From the NCBI RefSeq assembly GCF_964355755.1, contig NC_092671.1:21283317-21347316 (forward strand): 64,000 nt of DNA. The letters run 5' to 3'. How positions within the stretch are numbered: position 1 is the stretch's first letter; each line of letters begins with the position of its first letter. The notes under the pieces are model-generated. The model searched no databases. It was not told where the DNA came from and saw only the letters and a list, made by a program, of their open reading frames with translations. The position numbers were made by a program, and so were the translations under genes. Source of the stretch: Antedon mediterranea. Taxonomy: Eukaryota; Animalia; Echinodermata. This document shows positions 38,201 to 53,400 of the stretch, piece by piece.

Positions 38201-41200
38201 TTTCGAAAAAACTTGTTAACATAAAAACACCAAAGTGCTTAGAATACCTTCAAATCGCATTTGGAGACGTTTTAGACCATTTTGTGATTTTCCAAAAAAC
38301 TTGTTAACATAAAAACATCAAAGTGTACAGAATAGCTTCAAATCGCATTTGGAGACGTTTTAGACCATTTTGTGATTTTCGAAAAAACTTGTTAACATAA
38401 AAACACCAAAGTGCTTAGAATAGCTTCAAATCGCATTAGGAGACGTTTTAGACCATTTTGTGATTTTCGAAAAAACTTGTTAACATAAAAACACCAAAGT
38501 GCTTAGAATAGCTTCAAATCGCATTTGGAGACGTTTTAGACCATTTTGTGATTTTCGAAAAAACTTGTTAACATAAAAACACCAAAATGTTTAGAATAGC
38601 TTCAAATCACATTTGGAGACGTTTTAGACCATTTTGTGATTTTCGAAAAAACTTGTTAACACAAAAACACCAAAGTGATTAGAATAGCTTCAAATCGCAT
38701 TTGGAGACGTTTTAGACCAATTTGTGCATTTCGATGAAACTTGGTTACGCAAAAACATCAAAGTGCTAAAAATCACATTATAAACCGTTTTAGACCATTT
38801 TGAGAATATCGATAACACTTTTCACACAAAAACATCAAAGAGCACAATATAGCTTAATATCTTATTTAAAAACGTTTTAGACCATTTTGAGCATTTCGAC
38901 AAAACTTTTTCACACAAAACACCAAAGTGCTTAGAATAGCTTCAAATCGCATTTGGAGACGTTTTAGACCATTTTGTGATTTTCGAAAAAACTTTTTCAC
39001 ACAAAACACCAAAGTGCTTAGAATACCTTCAAATCGCATTTGGAGACGTTTTAGACCATTTTGTGATTTTCGAAAAAACTTGTTAACATAAAAACATCAA
39101 AGTGTACAGAATAGCTTCAAATCGCATTTGGAGACGTTTTAGACCATTTTGTGATTTTCGAAAAAACTTGTTAACATAAAAACACCAAAGTGCTTAGAAT
39201 AGCTTCAAATCGCATTAGGAGACGTTTTAGACCATTTTGTGATTTTCGAAAAAACTTGTTAACACAAAAACACCAAAGTGCTTAGAATAGCTTCAAATCG
39301 CATTTGGAGACGTTTTAGACCATTTTGTGATTTTCGAAAAAACTTGTTAACATTAAAACACCAAAATGTTTAGAATAGCTTCAAATCGCATTTGGAGACG
39401 TTTTAGACCATTTTGTGATTTTCGAAAAAACTTGTTAACACAAAAACACCAAAGTGATTAGAATAGCTTCAAATCGCATTTGGAGACGTTTTAGACCATT
39501 TTGTGCATTTCGATGAAACTTGGTTACGGAAAAACATCAAAGTGCTTAAAATCACATTATAAACCGTTTTAGACCATTTTGAGCATATCGATAACACTTT
39601 TCACACAAAAACATCAAAGAGCACAATATAGCTTAATATCGTATTTAAAAACGTTTTAGACCATTTTGAGCATTTCGACAAAACTTTTTCACACAAAACA
39701 CCAAAGTGCTTAGAATAGCTTCAAATCGCATTTGGAGACGTTTTAGACCATTTTGTGATTTTCGAAAAAACTTGTTAACATAAAAACATCAAAGGGCTAA
39801 GAATAGCTTCAAATCGCATTTGGAGACATTTTAGACCAATTAGTGATTTTCGAAAAAACTTGGTTACACAAAAACATCAAAGTGGTTAAAATCACATTAT
39901 AAACCGTTTTAGACCATTTTGAGCATTTCGATAACACTTTTCACACAAAAACATCAAAGTGCTTAGAATAGCTTCAAATCGCATTTGGAGACGTTTTAGA
40001 CCATTTTGTGATTTTCGAAAAAAACTTTTTAACATAAAAACACCAAACTGCTAAGAATAGCTTCAAATCGCATATGGAGACAATTTAGACCATTTTGTGA
40101 TTTTCGAAAAAACTTGTTAACATAAAAACACCAAAGTGCTTAGAATACCTTCAAATCGCATTTGGAGACATTTTAGACCATTTTGTGATTTTCGAAAAAA
40201 CTTGTTAACATAAAAACATCAAAGTGCTAAGAATAGCTTCCAATCGCATTTGGAGACGTTTTAGACCATTTTGTGATTTTCGAAAACAACTTGTTAACAT
40301 AAAAACACCAAAGTGCTTAGAATAGCTTCAAATCGCATTTGGAGACGTTTTAGACCAATTTGTGATTTTCGAAAAAACTTGGTTACACAAAAACATCAAA
40401 GTGGATAAAATCACATTATAAACCGTTTTAGACCATTTTGAGCATATCGATAACACTTTTCACACAAAAACATCAAAGACCACAATATAGCTTAATATCG
40501 TATTTAAAAACGTTTTAGACCATTTTGAGCATTTCGACAAAACTTTTTCACACAAAACACCAAAGTGCTTAGAATAGCTTCAAATCGCATTTGGAGACGT
40601 TTTAGACCATTTTGTGATTTTCGAAAAAACTTGTTAACATAAAAACATCAAAGTGCTAAGAATAGCTTCAAATCGAATTTGGAGACATTTTAGACCAATT
40701 AGTGATTTTCGAAAAAACTTGGTTACACAAAAACATCAAAGTGGTTAAAATCACATTATAAACCGTTTTAGACCATTTTGAGCATTTCGATAACACTTTT
40801 CACACAAAAACATCAAAGTGCTTAGAATAGCTTCAAATCGCATTTGGAGACGTTTTAGACCATTTTGTGATTTTCGAAAAAAACTTTTTAACATAAAAAC
40901 ACCAAACTGCTAAGAATAGCTTCAAATCGCATATGGAGACAATTTAGACCATTTTGTGATTTTCGAAAAAACTTGTTAACATAAAAACACCAAAGTGCTT
41001 AGAATACCTTCAAATCGCATTTGGAGACATTTTAGACCATTTTGTGATTTTCGAAAAAACTTGTTAACATAAAAACATCAAAGTGCTAAGAATAGCTTCC
41101 AATCGCATTTGGAGACGTTTTAGACTATTTTGTGATTTTCGAAAACAACTTGTTAACATAAAAACACCAAAGTGCTTAGAATAGCTTCAAATCGCATTTG

Positions 41201-44099
41201 GAGACGTTTTAGACCAATTTGTGATTTTCGAAAAAACTTGGTTACACAAAAACATCAAAGTGGATAAAATCACATTATAAACCGTTTTAGACCATTTTGA
41301 GCATTTCGATAACACATTTCACACAAAAACATCAAAGAGCACAAAATAGCTTAATATCGTATTTAAAAACGTTTTAAACCATTTTGAGCATTTCGACAAA
41401 ACTTTTTCACACAAAACACCAAAGTGTACAGAATAGCTTCAAATCGCATTTGGAGACGTTTTAGACCATTTTGTGATTTTCGAAAAAACTTGTTAATATA
41501 AAAACACCAAAGTACTTAGAATAGCTTCAAATCGCATTTGGAGACGTTGTAGACCATTTTGTGATTTTCGAAAAAACTTGTTAACATAAAAACACCAAAG
41601 TTTACAGAATAGCTTCAAATCGCATTTGGAGACGTTTTAGACAATTTTGTGCATTTCGATGAAACTTGGTTACACAAAAACATCAAAGTGCTTAAAATCA
41701 CATTATAAACCGTTTTAGACCATTTGAGCATTTCCATAACACTTTTCACACAAAAACATCAAAGGGCACAATATAGCTTAATATCCTATTTAAAAACGTT
41801 TTAGACCATTTTGAGCATTTCGACAAAACTTTTTCACACAAAACACCAAAGTGCTTAGAATACCTTCAAATCGCATTTGGAGACGTTTTAGACCATTTTG
41901 TGATTTTCGAAAAAACTTAACATAAAAACATCAAAGTTTACAGAATAGCTTCAAATCGCATTTGGAGACGTTTTAGACAATTTTGTGATTTTCGAAAAAA
42001 CTTGTTAACATAAAAACACCAAAGTGCTTAGAATAGCTTCAAATCGCATTGGGAGACGTTTTAGACCATTTTGTGATTTTCGAAAAAAACTTGTTAACAT
42101 AAAAACATCAAAGTGTACAGAATAGCTTCAAATCGCATTTGGAGACGTTTTAGACCATTTTGTGATTTTCGAAATAACTTGTTAACATAAAAACACCAAA
42201 GTGCTTAGAATAGCTTCAAATCGCATTTGGAGACGTTTTAAACCATTTTGTGATTTTCGAAAAAACTTGTTAACATAAAAACACCAAAATGTTTAGAATA
42301 GCTTCAAATCGCATTTGGAGACGTTTTAGACCATTTTGTGATTTTCGAAAAAACTTGTTAACACAAAAACACCAAAGTGATTAGAATAGCTTCAAATCGC
42401 ATTTGGAGACGTTTTAGACCATTTTGTGATTTTCGAAAAAACTTGTTAACATAAAAACACCAAAGTGATTAGAATAGCTTCAAATCGCATTTGGAGACGT
42501 TTTAGACCATTTTGTGCATTTCTATGAAACTTGGTTACGCAAAAACATCAAAGTGCTTAAAATCACATTATAAACCGTTTTAGACCATTTTGAGCATATC
42601 GATAACACTTTTTACACAAAACACCAAAGTGCTTAGAATAGCTTCAAATCGCATTTGGAGACGTTTTAGACCATTTTGTGATTTTCGACAAAACTTTTTC
42701 ACACAAAACACCAAAGTGCTTAGAATACCTTCAAATCGCATTTGGAGACGTTTTAGACCATTTTGTGATTTTCGAAAAAACTTGTTAACATAAAAACATC
42801 AAAGTGTACAGAATAGCTTCAAATCGCATTTGGAGACGTTTTAGACCATTTTGTGATTTTCGAAAAAACTTGTTAACATAAAAACACCAAAGTGCTTAGA
42901 ATAGCTTCAAATCGCATTAGGAGACGTTTTAGACCATTTTGTGATTTTCGAAAAAACTTGTTAACATAAAAACACCAAAGTGCTTAGAATAGCTTCAAAT
43001 CGCATTTGGAGACGTTTTAGACCATTTTGTGATTTTCGAAAAAACTTGTTAACATAAAAACACCAAAGTGCTTAGAATAGCTTCAAATCGCATTTGGAGA
43101 CGTTTTAGACAAATTTGTGATTTTCGAAAAAACTTGGTTACACAAAAACATCAAAGTGGTTAAAAGCACATTATAAACCGTTTTAGACCATTTTGAGCAT
43201 TTCGATAACACATTTCACACAAAAACATCAAAGAGCACAAAATAGCTTAATATCGTATTTAAAAACGTTTTAAACCATTTTGAGCATTTCGACAAAACTT
43301 TTTCACACAAAACACCAAAGTGTACAGAATAGCTTCAAATCGCATTTGGAGATGTTTTAGACCATTTTGTGATTTTCGAAAAAACTTGTTAATATAAAAA
43401 CACCAAAGTACTTAGAATAGCTTCAAATCGCATTTGGAGACGTTTTAGACCATTTTTTGATTTTCGAAAAAACTTGTTAACATAAAAACATCAAAGTGCT
43501 AAGAATAGCTTCCAATCGCATTTGGAGACATTTTAGACCAATTTGTGATTTTGGAAAAAACTTGGTTACACAAAAACATCAAAGTGCTTTAAATCACATT
43601 ATAAACCGTTTTAGACCATTTTGAGCATTTCGATAACACATTTCACAAAAAAACATCAAAGAGCACAAAATAGCTTAATATCGTATTTAAAAACGTTTTA
43701 AACCATTTTGAGCATTTCGACAAAACTTTTTCACACAAAACACCAAAGTGTTTAGAAAAGCTTCAAATCGCATTTGGAGACGTTTTAGACCATTTTGGGA
43801 TTTTCGAAAAAACTTGTTAACATAAAAACACCAAAGTGCTTAGAATAGCTTCAAATCGCATTTGAAGACGTTTTAGACCATTTTGTAATTTTCGAAAAAA
43901 CTTGTTAACATAAAAACACCAAAATGTTTAGAATAGCTTCAAATCGCATTTGGAGACGTTTTAGACCATTTTGTGATTTTCGAAAAAACTTGTTAACACA
44001 AAAACACCAAAGTGATTAGAATAGCTTCAAATCGCATTTGGAGACGTTTTAGACCATTTTGTGATTTTCGAAAAAACTTGTTAACATAAAAACACCAAA

Positions 44100-45110
44100 G
44101 TGATTAGAATAGCTTCAAATCGCATTTGGAGACGTTTTAGACCATTTTGTGCATTTCGATGAAACTTGGTTACGCAAAAACATCAAAGTAATAATCACAT
44201 TATAAACAGTTTTAGACCATTTTGAGCATATCGATAAAACTTTTTACACAAAACACCAAAGTGCTTAGAATAGCTTCAAATCGCATTTGGAGACGTTTTA
44301 GACCATTTTGTGATTTTCGTCAAAACTTTTTCACACAAAACACCAAAGTGCTTAGAATACCTTCAAATCGCATTTGGAGACGTTTTAGACCATTTTGTGA
44401 TTTTCGAAAAAACTTGTTAACATAAAAACATCAAAGTGTACAGATTAGCTTCAAATCGCATTTGGAGACGTTTTAGACCATTTTGTGATTTTCGAAAAAA
44501 CTTGTTAACATAAAAACACCAAAGTGCTTAGAATAGCTTCAAATCGCATTGGGAGACGTTTTAGACCATTTTGTTATTTTCGAAAAAACTTGTTAACACA
44601 AAAACACCAAAGTGATTAGAATAGCTTCAAATCGCATTTGGAGACGTTTTAGACCATTTTGTGATTTTCGATGAAACTTGGTTACGCAAAAACATCAAAG
44701 TAATAATCACATTATAAACAGTTTTAGACCATTTTGAGCATATCGATAAAACTTTTTACACAAAACACCAAAGTGCTTAGAATAGCTTCAAATCGCATTT
44801 GGAGACGTTTTAGACCATTTTGTGATTTTCGTCAAAACTTTTTCACACAAAACACCAAAGTGCTTAGAATACCTTCAAATCGCATTTGGAGACGTTTTAG
44901 ACCATTTTGTGATTTTCGAAAAAACTTGTTAACATAAAAACATCAAAGTGTACAGATTAGCTTCAAATCGCATTTGGAGACGTTTTAGACCATTTTGTGA
45001 TTTTCGAAAAAACTTGTTAACATAAAAACACCAAAGTGCTTAGAATAGCTTCAAATCGCATTGGGAGACGTTTTAGACCATTTTGTTATTTTCGAAAAAA
45101 CTTGTTAACA
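44100..45110 (+). repeat. 512-bp (6-monomer) tandem duplication, boundaries approximate
   Basis: Private TTTTCGTCAAAAC at 44320 and 44832; ORF-track hits at 44222 and 44734. Confidence 0.85.
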
Positions 45111-48100
45111 TAAAAACACCAAAATGTTTAGAATAGCTTCAAATCGCATTTGTAGACGTTTTATACCATTTTGTGATTTTCGAAAAAACTTGTTATTACA
45201 AAAACACCAAAGTGATTAGAATAGCTTCAAATCGCATTTGGAGACGTTTTAGACCATTTTGTGCATTTCGATGAAACTTGGTTACGCAAAAACATCAAAG
45301 TGCTTAAAATCACATTATAAACCGTTTTAGACCATTTTGAGCATATCGATAACACTTTTCACACAAAAACATCAAAGAGCACAATATAGCTTAATATCGT
45401 ATTTAAAAACGTTTTAGACCATTTTGAGCAATTCGACAAAACTTTTTCACACAAAACACCAAAGTGCTTAGAATAGCTTCAAATCGCATTTGGAGACGTT
45501 TTAGACCATTTTGTGATTTTCGAAAAAACTTGTTAACATAAAAACATCAAAGGGCTAAGAATAGCTTCAAATCGCATTTGGAGACATTTTAGACCAATTA
45601 GTGATTTTCGAAAAAACTTGGTTACACAAAAACATCAAAGTGGTTAAAATCACATTATAAACCGTTTTAGACCATTTTGAGCATATCGATAAAATTTTTT
45701 ACACAAAAACATCAAAGAGCACAAAATAGCTTAATATCGTATTTAAAACCGTGTTAGACCATTTTGAGCATTTCGATAACACTTTTCACACAAAAACATC
45801 AAAGAGCATAAAATAGGTTAATATCGTATTTAAAAACGTTTTAGACCATTTTGAGCATTTCGATGAAACTTGGTTACGCAAAAACATCAAAGTGCTTAAA
45901 ATCACATTATAAACCGTTTTAGACCATTTTGAGCATATCGATAAAATTTTTTACACAAAAACATCAAAGAGCACAAAATAGCTTAATATCGTATTTGGAA
46001 ACGTTTTAGAACATTTTGTGAATTTCGAAAAAACTTGTTAACATAAAACACCAAAGTGTACAGAATAGCTTCAAATCGCATTTGGAGACATTTTAGACCA
46101 ATTTGTGATTTTCGAAAAAACTTGTTAACATAAAAACACCAAAGTGCTAAGAATAGCTTCAAATCGCATTTGGAGACATTTTAGACCAATTTGTGATTTT
46201 CGAAAAAACTTGGTTACACAAAAACATCAAAGTGCTTAAAATCACATTATAAAACCGTTTTAGACCATTTTGAGCATTTCGATAACACTTTTCACACAAA
46301 AACATCAAAGAGCATAAAATAGGTTAATATCGTATTTAAAAACGTTTTAGACCATTTTGAGCATTTCGACAAAACTTTTTCACACAAAACACCAAAGTGT
46401 ACAGAATAGCTTAATATCGTATTTAAAAACGTTTTAGACCATTTTGTGATTTTCGAAAAAACTTGTTAACATAAAAACACCAAAGTGCTTACAATAGCTT
46501 CAAATCGCATTAGGAGACGTTTTAGACCATTTTGTGATTTTCGAAAAAACTTGTTAACATAAAAACATCAAAGTGTACAGAATAGCTTCAAATCGCATTT
46601 GGAGACGTTTTAGACCATTTTGTGATTTTCGAAAAAAACTTGTTAACATAAAAACACCAAAGTGCTTAGAATAGCTTCAAATCGCATTTGGAGACGTTTT
46701 AGACCATTTTGTGATTTTCGAAAAAACTTGTTAATATAAAAACACCAAAGTACTTAGAATAGCTTCAAATCGCATTTGGAGACGTTTTAAACCATTTTGT
46801 GATTTTCGAAAAAACTTGTTAACATAAAAACACCAAAATGTTTAGAATAGCTTCAAATCGCATTTGGAGACGTTTTAGACCATTTTGTGATTTTCGAAAA
46901 AACTTGTTAACACAAAAACACCAAAGTGATTAGAATAGCTTCAAATCGCATTTGGAGACGTTTTAGACCATTTTGTGATTTTCGAAAAAACTTGTTAACA
47001 TAAAAACACCAAAGTGATTAGAATAGCTTCAAATCGCATTTGGAGACGTTTTAGACCATTTTGTGATTTTCGAAAAAACTTGTTAACATAAAAACACCAA
47101 AGTGATTAGAATAGCTTCAAATCGCATTTGGAGACGTTTTAGACCATTTTGTGCATTTCGATGAAACTTGGTTACGCAAAAACATCAATGTGCTTAAAAT
47201 CACATTATAAACCGTTTTAGACCATTTTGAGCATATCCATAAAACTTTTTACACAAAACACCAAAGTGCTTAGAATAGCTTCAAATCGCATTTGGAGACG
47301 TTTTAGACCATTTTGTGATTTTCGACAAAACTTTTTCACACAAAACACCAAAGTGCTTAGAATACCTTCAAATCGCATTTGGAGACGTTTTAGACCATTT
47401 TGTGATTTTCGAAAAAACTTGTTAACATAAAAACATCAAAGTGTACAGAATAGCTTCAAATCGCATTTGGAGACGTTTTAGACCATTTTGTGATTTTCGA
47501 AAAAACTTGTTAACATAAAAACACCAAAGTGCTTAGAATAGCTTCAAATCGCATTAGGAGACGTTTTAGACCATTTTGTGATTTTCGAAAAAACTTGTTA
47601 ACATAAAAACACCAAAGTGCTTAGAATAGCTTCAAATCGCATTTGGAGACGTTTTAGACCATTTTGTGATTTTCGAAAAAACTTGTTAACATAAAAACAC
47701 CAAAATGTTTAGAATAGCTTCAAATCGCATTTGGAGACGTTTTAGACCATTTTGTGATTTTCGAAAAAACTTGTTAACACAAAAACACCAAAGTGATTAG
47801 AATAGCTTCAAATCGCATTTGGAGACGTTTTAGACCATTTTGTGCATTTCGATGAAACTTGGTTACGCAAAAACATCAAAGTGCTTAAAATCACATTATA
47901 AACCGTTTTAGACCATTTTGAGCATATCGATAACACTTTTCACACAAAAACATCAAAGAGCACAATATAGCTTAATATCGTATTTAAAAACGTTTTAGAC
48001 CATTTTGAGCATTTCGACAAAACTTTTTCACACAAAACACCAAAGTGCTTAGAATAGCTTCAAATCGCATTTGGAGACGTTTTAGACCATTTTGTGATTT

Positions 48101-50137
48101 TCGAAAAAACTTGTTAACATAAAAACATCAAAGTGCTAAGAATAGTTTCAAATCGAATTTGGAGACATTTTAGACCAATTAGTGATTTTCGAAAAAACTT
48201 GGTTACACAAAAACATCAAAGTGGTTAAAATCACATTATAAACCGTTTTAGACCATTTTGAGCATTTCGATAACACTTTTCACACAAAAACATCAAAGTG
48301 CTTAGAATAGCTTCAAATCGCATTTGGAGACGTTTTAGACCATTTTGTGATTTTCGAAAAAAACTTTTTAACATAAAAACACCAAACTGCTAAGAATAGC
48401 TTCAAATCGCATATGGAGACAATTTAGACCATTTTGTGATTTTCGAAAAAACTTGTTAACATAAAAACACCAAAGTGCTTAGAATACCTTAAAATCGCAT
48501 TTGGAGACATTTTAGACCATTTTGTGATTTTTTTAAAAAACTTGTTAACATAAAAACATCAAAGTGCTAAGAATAGCTTCCAATCGCATTTGTAGACGTT
48601 TTAGACCATTTTGTGATTTTCGAAAACAACTTGTTAACATAAAAACACCAAAGTGCTTAGAATAGCTTCAAATCGCATTTGGAGACGTTTTAGACCATTT
48701 TGTGATTTTCGAAAAAACTTGTTAACATAAAAACATCAAAGTGCTAAGAATAGCTTCAAATCGAATTTGGAGACATTTTAGACCAATTAGTGATTTTCGA
48801 AAAAACTTGGTTACACAAAAACATCAAAGTGGTTAAAATCACATTATAAACCGTTTTAGACCATTTTGAGCATTTCGATAACACTTTTCACACAAAAACA
48901 TCAAAGTGCTTAGAATAGCTTCAAATCGCATTTGGAGACGTTTTAGACCATTTTGTGATTTTCGAAAAAAACTTTTTAACATAAAAACACCAAACTGCTA
49001 AGAATAGCTTCAAATCGCATATGGAGACAATTTAGACCATTTTGTGATTTTCGAAAAAACTTGTTAACATAAAAACACCAAAGTGCTTAGAATACCTTCA
49101 AATCGCATTTGGAGACATTTTAGACCATTTTGTGATTTTCGAAAAAACTTGTTAACATAAAAACATCAAAGTGCTAAGAATAGCTTCCAATCGCATTTGG
49201 AGACGTTTTAGACCATTTTGTGATTTTCGAAAAAACTTGTTAACATAAAAACACCAAAGTGATTAGAATAGCTTCAAATCGCATTTGGAGACGTTTTAGA
49301 CCATTTTGTGCATTTCGATGAAACTTGGTTACGCAAAAACATCAAAGTGCTTAAAATCACATTATAAACCGTTTTAGACCATTTTGAGCATATCGATAAC
49401 ACTTTTTACACAAAACACCAAAGTGCTTAGAATAGCTTCAAATCGCATTTGGAGACGTTTTAGACCATTTTGTGATTTTCGACAAAACTTTTTCACACAA
49501 AACACCAAAGTGCTTAGAATACCTTCAAATCGCATTTGGAGACGTTTTAGACCATTTTGTGATTTTCGAAAAAACTTGTTAACATAAAAACATCAAAGTG
49601 TACAGAATAGCTTCAAATCGCATTTGGAGACGTTTTAGACCATTTTGTGATTTTCGAAAAAACTTGTTAACATAAAAACACCAAAGTGCTTAGAATAGCT
49701 TCAAATCGCATTTGGAGACGTTTTAGACCATTTTGTGATTTTCGAAAAAACTTGTTAACATAAAAGCACCAAAGTGCTTAGAATAGCTTCAAATCGCATT
49801 AGGAGACGTTTTAGACCATTTTGTGATTTTCGAAAAAACTTGTTAACATAAAAACACCAAAGTGCTTAGAATAGCTTCAAATCGCATTTGGAGACGTTTT
49901 AGACCATTTTGTGATTTTCGAAAAAACTTGTTAACATAAAAAAAACAAAGTTCTTAAAATAGCTTCAAATCGCATTTGGAGACGTTTTAGACCATTTTGT
50001 GATTTTCGAAAAAACCTGTTAACATAAAAACACCAAAGTGTTTAGAAAAGCTTCAAATCGCATTTGGAGACGTTTTAGACCATTTTGGGATTTTCGAAAA
50101 AACTTGTTAACATAAAAACACCAAAGTGCTTAGAATA

Positions 50138-50490
50138 TGGCCGAGCGGTTAAGGCAGGGGCGCCGTTTATCGTACCTAAAGAGCCAACAACAACATCGGC
50201 AAGGGTTCGAGGCCGACTCGCTCCTAGTTCTGGTGGTGGAACAAGTCTTCTTGGATAAGGACTATAAACCGTAGGTCCAGTGTACACAGTTATAACATGT
50301 GTGTACTTTAAAGAACCCAGTTCATTATTCGAAAAAGAGTAGGGGGTTACCCCGGTGAACTGGTTCACACAATAGCCTCTGTATCAGGGGGATTACCACC
50401 TATCTGATAGGACAGTGATTAATTCACTATTGGTAATCCTTGGCCACAGTGCCTAAAGACATAAAATAAAATAAAAATAAATAAATAAAT
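50138..50490 (+). mobile_element. tRNA-derived SINE, copy 4
   Basis: Offset 48754 from copy 1; one difference seen, C>T at 50252 in a CpG (TCGG>TTGG). Confidence 0.92.
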
Positions 50491-53400
50491 AATAGCTTCA
50501 AATCGCATTTGGAGACGTTTTAGACCATTTTGTAATTTTCAAAAAAACTTGTTAACATAAAAACACCAAAGTTCTTAGAATAGCTTCAAATCGCATTTGG
50601 AGACGTTTTAGACCATTTTGTGCATTTCGATGAAACTTGGTTACACAAAAACATCAAAGTGCTTAAAATCACATTATAAACCGTTTTAGACCATTTGAGC
50701 ATTTCGATAACACTTTTCACACAAAAACATCAAAGTTCACAATATAGCTTAATATCCTATTTAAAAACGTTTTAGACCATTTTGAGCATTTCGACAAAAC
50801 TTTTTCACACAAAACACCAAAGTGCTTAGAATACCTTCAAATCGCATTTGGAGACGTTTTAGACAATTTTGTGATTTTCGAAAAAACTTGTTAACATAAA
50901 AACATCAAAGTTTACAGAATAGCTTCAAATCGCATTTGGAGACGTTTTAGACAATTTTGTGATTTTCGAAAAAACTTGTTAACATAAAAACACCAAAGTG
51001 CTTAGAATAGCTTCAAATCGCATTGGGAGACGTTTTAGACCATTTTGTGATTTTCGAAAAAACTTGTTAACATAAAAACACCAAAGTGCTTAGAATAGCT
51101 TCAAATCGCATTTGGAGACGTTTTAGACCATTTTGTGATTTTCGAAAAAACTTGTTAACATAAAAACACCAAAGTTCTTAAAATAGCTTCAAATCGCATT
51201 TGGAGACGTTTTAGACCATTTTGTGATTTTCGAAAAAACTTGTTAACATAAAAACACCAAAGTGTTTAGAAAAGCTTCAAATCGCATTTGGAGACGTTTT
51301 AGACCATTTTGGGATTTTTGAAAAAACTTGTTAACATAAAAACACCAAAGTGCTTAGAATAGCTTCAAATCGCATTTGGAGACGTTTTAGACCATTTTGT
51401 AATTTTCAAAAAAACTTGTTAACATAAAAACACCAAAGTTCTTAGAATAGCTTCAAATCGCATTTGGAGACGTTTTAGACCATTTTGTGCATTTCGATGA
51501 AACTTGGTTACACAAAAACATCAAAGTGCTTAAAATCACGTTATAAACCGTTTTAGACCATTTGAGCATTTCGATAACACTTTTCACACAAAAACATCAA
51601 AGGGCACAATATAGCTTAATATCCTATTTAAAAACGTTTTAGACCATTTTGAGCATTTCGACAAAACTTTTTCACACAAAACACCAAAGTGCTTAGAATA
51701 CCTTCAAATCGCATTTGGAGACGTTTTAGACAATTTTGTGATTTTCGAAAAAACTTAACATAAAAACATCAAAGTTTACAGAATAGCTTCAAATCGCTTT
51801 TGGAGACGTTTTAGACAATTTTGTGATTTTCGAAAAAACTTGTTAACATAAAAACACCAAAGTGCTTAGAATAGCTTCAAATCGCATTTGGAGACGTTTT
51901 AAACCATTTTGTGATTTTCGAAAAAACTTGTTAACATAAAAACACCAAAATGTTTAGAATAGCTTCAAATCGCATTTGGAGACGTTTTAGACCATTTTGT
52001 GATTTTCGAAAAAACTTGTTAACACAAAAACACCAAAGTGATTAGAATAGCTTCAAATCGCATTTGGAGACGTTTTAGACCATTTTGTGATTTTCGAAAA
52101 AACTTGTTAACATAAAAACACCAAAGTGATTAGAATAGCTTCAAATCGCATTTGGAGACGTTTTAGACCATTTTGTGCATGTCGATGAAACTTGGTTACG
52201 CAAAAACATCAAAGTGCTTAAAATCACATTATAAACCGTTTTAGACCATTTTGAGCATATCGATAACACTTTTTACACAAAACACCAAAGTGCTTAGAAT
52301 AGCTTCAAATCGCATTTGGAGACGTTTTAGACCATTTTGTGATTTTCGACAAAACTTTTTCACACAAAACACCAAAGTGCTTAGAATACCTTCAAATCGC
52401 ATTTGGAGACGTTTTAGACCATTTTGTGATTTTCGAAAAAACTTGTTAACATAAAAACATCAAAATGTTTAGAATAGCTTCAAATCACATTTGGAGACGT
52501 TTTAGACCATTTTGTGATTTTCGAAAAAACTTGTTAACACAAAAACACCAAAGTGATTAGAATAGCTTCAAATCGCATTTGGAGACGTTTTAGACCAATT
52601 TGTGCATTTCGATGAAACTTGGTTACGCAAAAACATCAAAGTGCTTAAAATCACATTATAAACCGTTTTAGACCATTTTGAGCATATCGATAACACTTTT
52701 CACACAAAAACATCAAAGAGCACAATATAGCTTAATATCTTATTTAAAAACGTTTTAGACCATTTTGAGCATTTCGACAAAACTTTTTCACACAAAACAC
52801 CAAAGTGCTTAGAATAGCTTCAAATCGCATTTGGAGACGTTTTAGACCATTTTGTGATTTTCGAAAAAACTTGTTAACATAAAAACATCAAAGTGCTAAG
52901 AATAGCTTCAAATCGCATTTGGAGACATTTTAGACCAATTAGTGATTTTCGAAAAAACTTGGTTACACAAAAACATCAAAGTGGTTAAAATCACATTATA
53001 AACCGTTTTAGACCATTTTGAGCATTTCGATAACACTTTTCACACAAAAACATCAAAGTGCTTAGAATAGCTTCAAATCGCATTTGGAGACGTTTTAGAC
53101 CATTTTGTGATTTTCGAAAAAAACTTTTTAACATAAAAACACCAAACTTCTAAGAATAGCTTCAAATCGCATATGGAGACAATTTAGACCATTTTGTGAT
53201 TTTCGAAAAAACTTGTTAACATAAAAACACCAAAGTGCTAAGAATAGCTTCAAATCGCATATGGAGACAATTTAGACCATTTTGTGATTTTCGAAAAAAC
53301 TTGTTAACATAAAAACACCAAAGTGCTTAGAATACCTTCAAATCGCATTTGGAGACGTTTAAGACCATTTTGTGATTTTCGAAAAAACTTGTTAACATAA

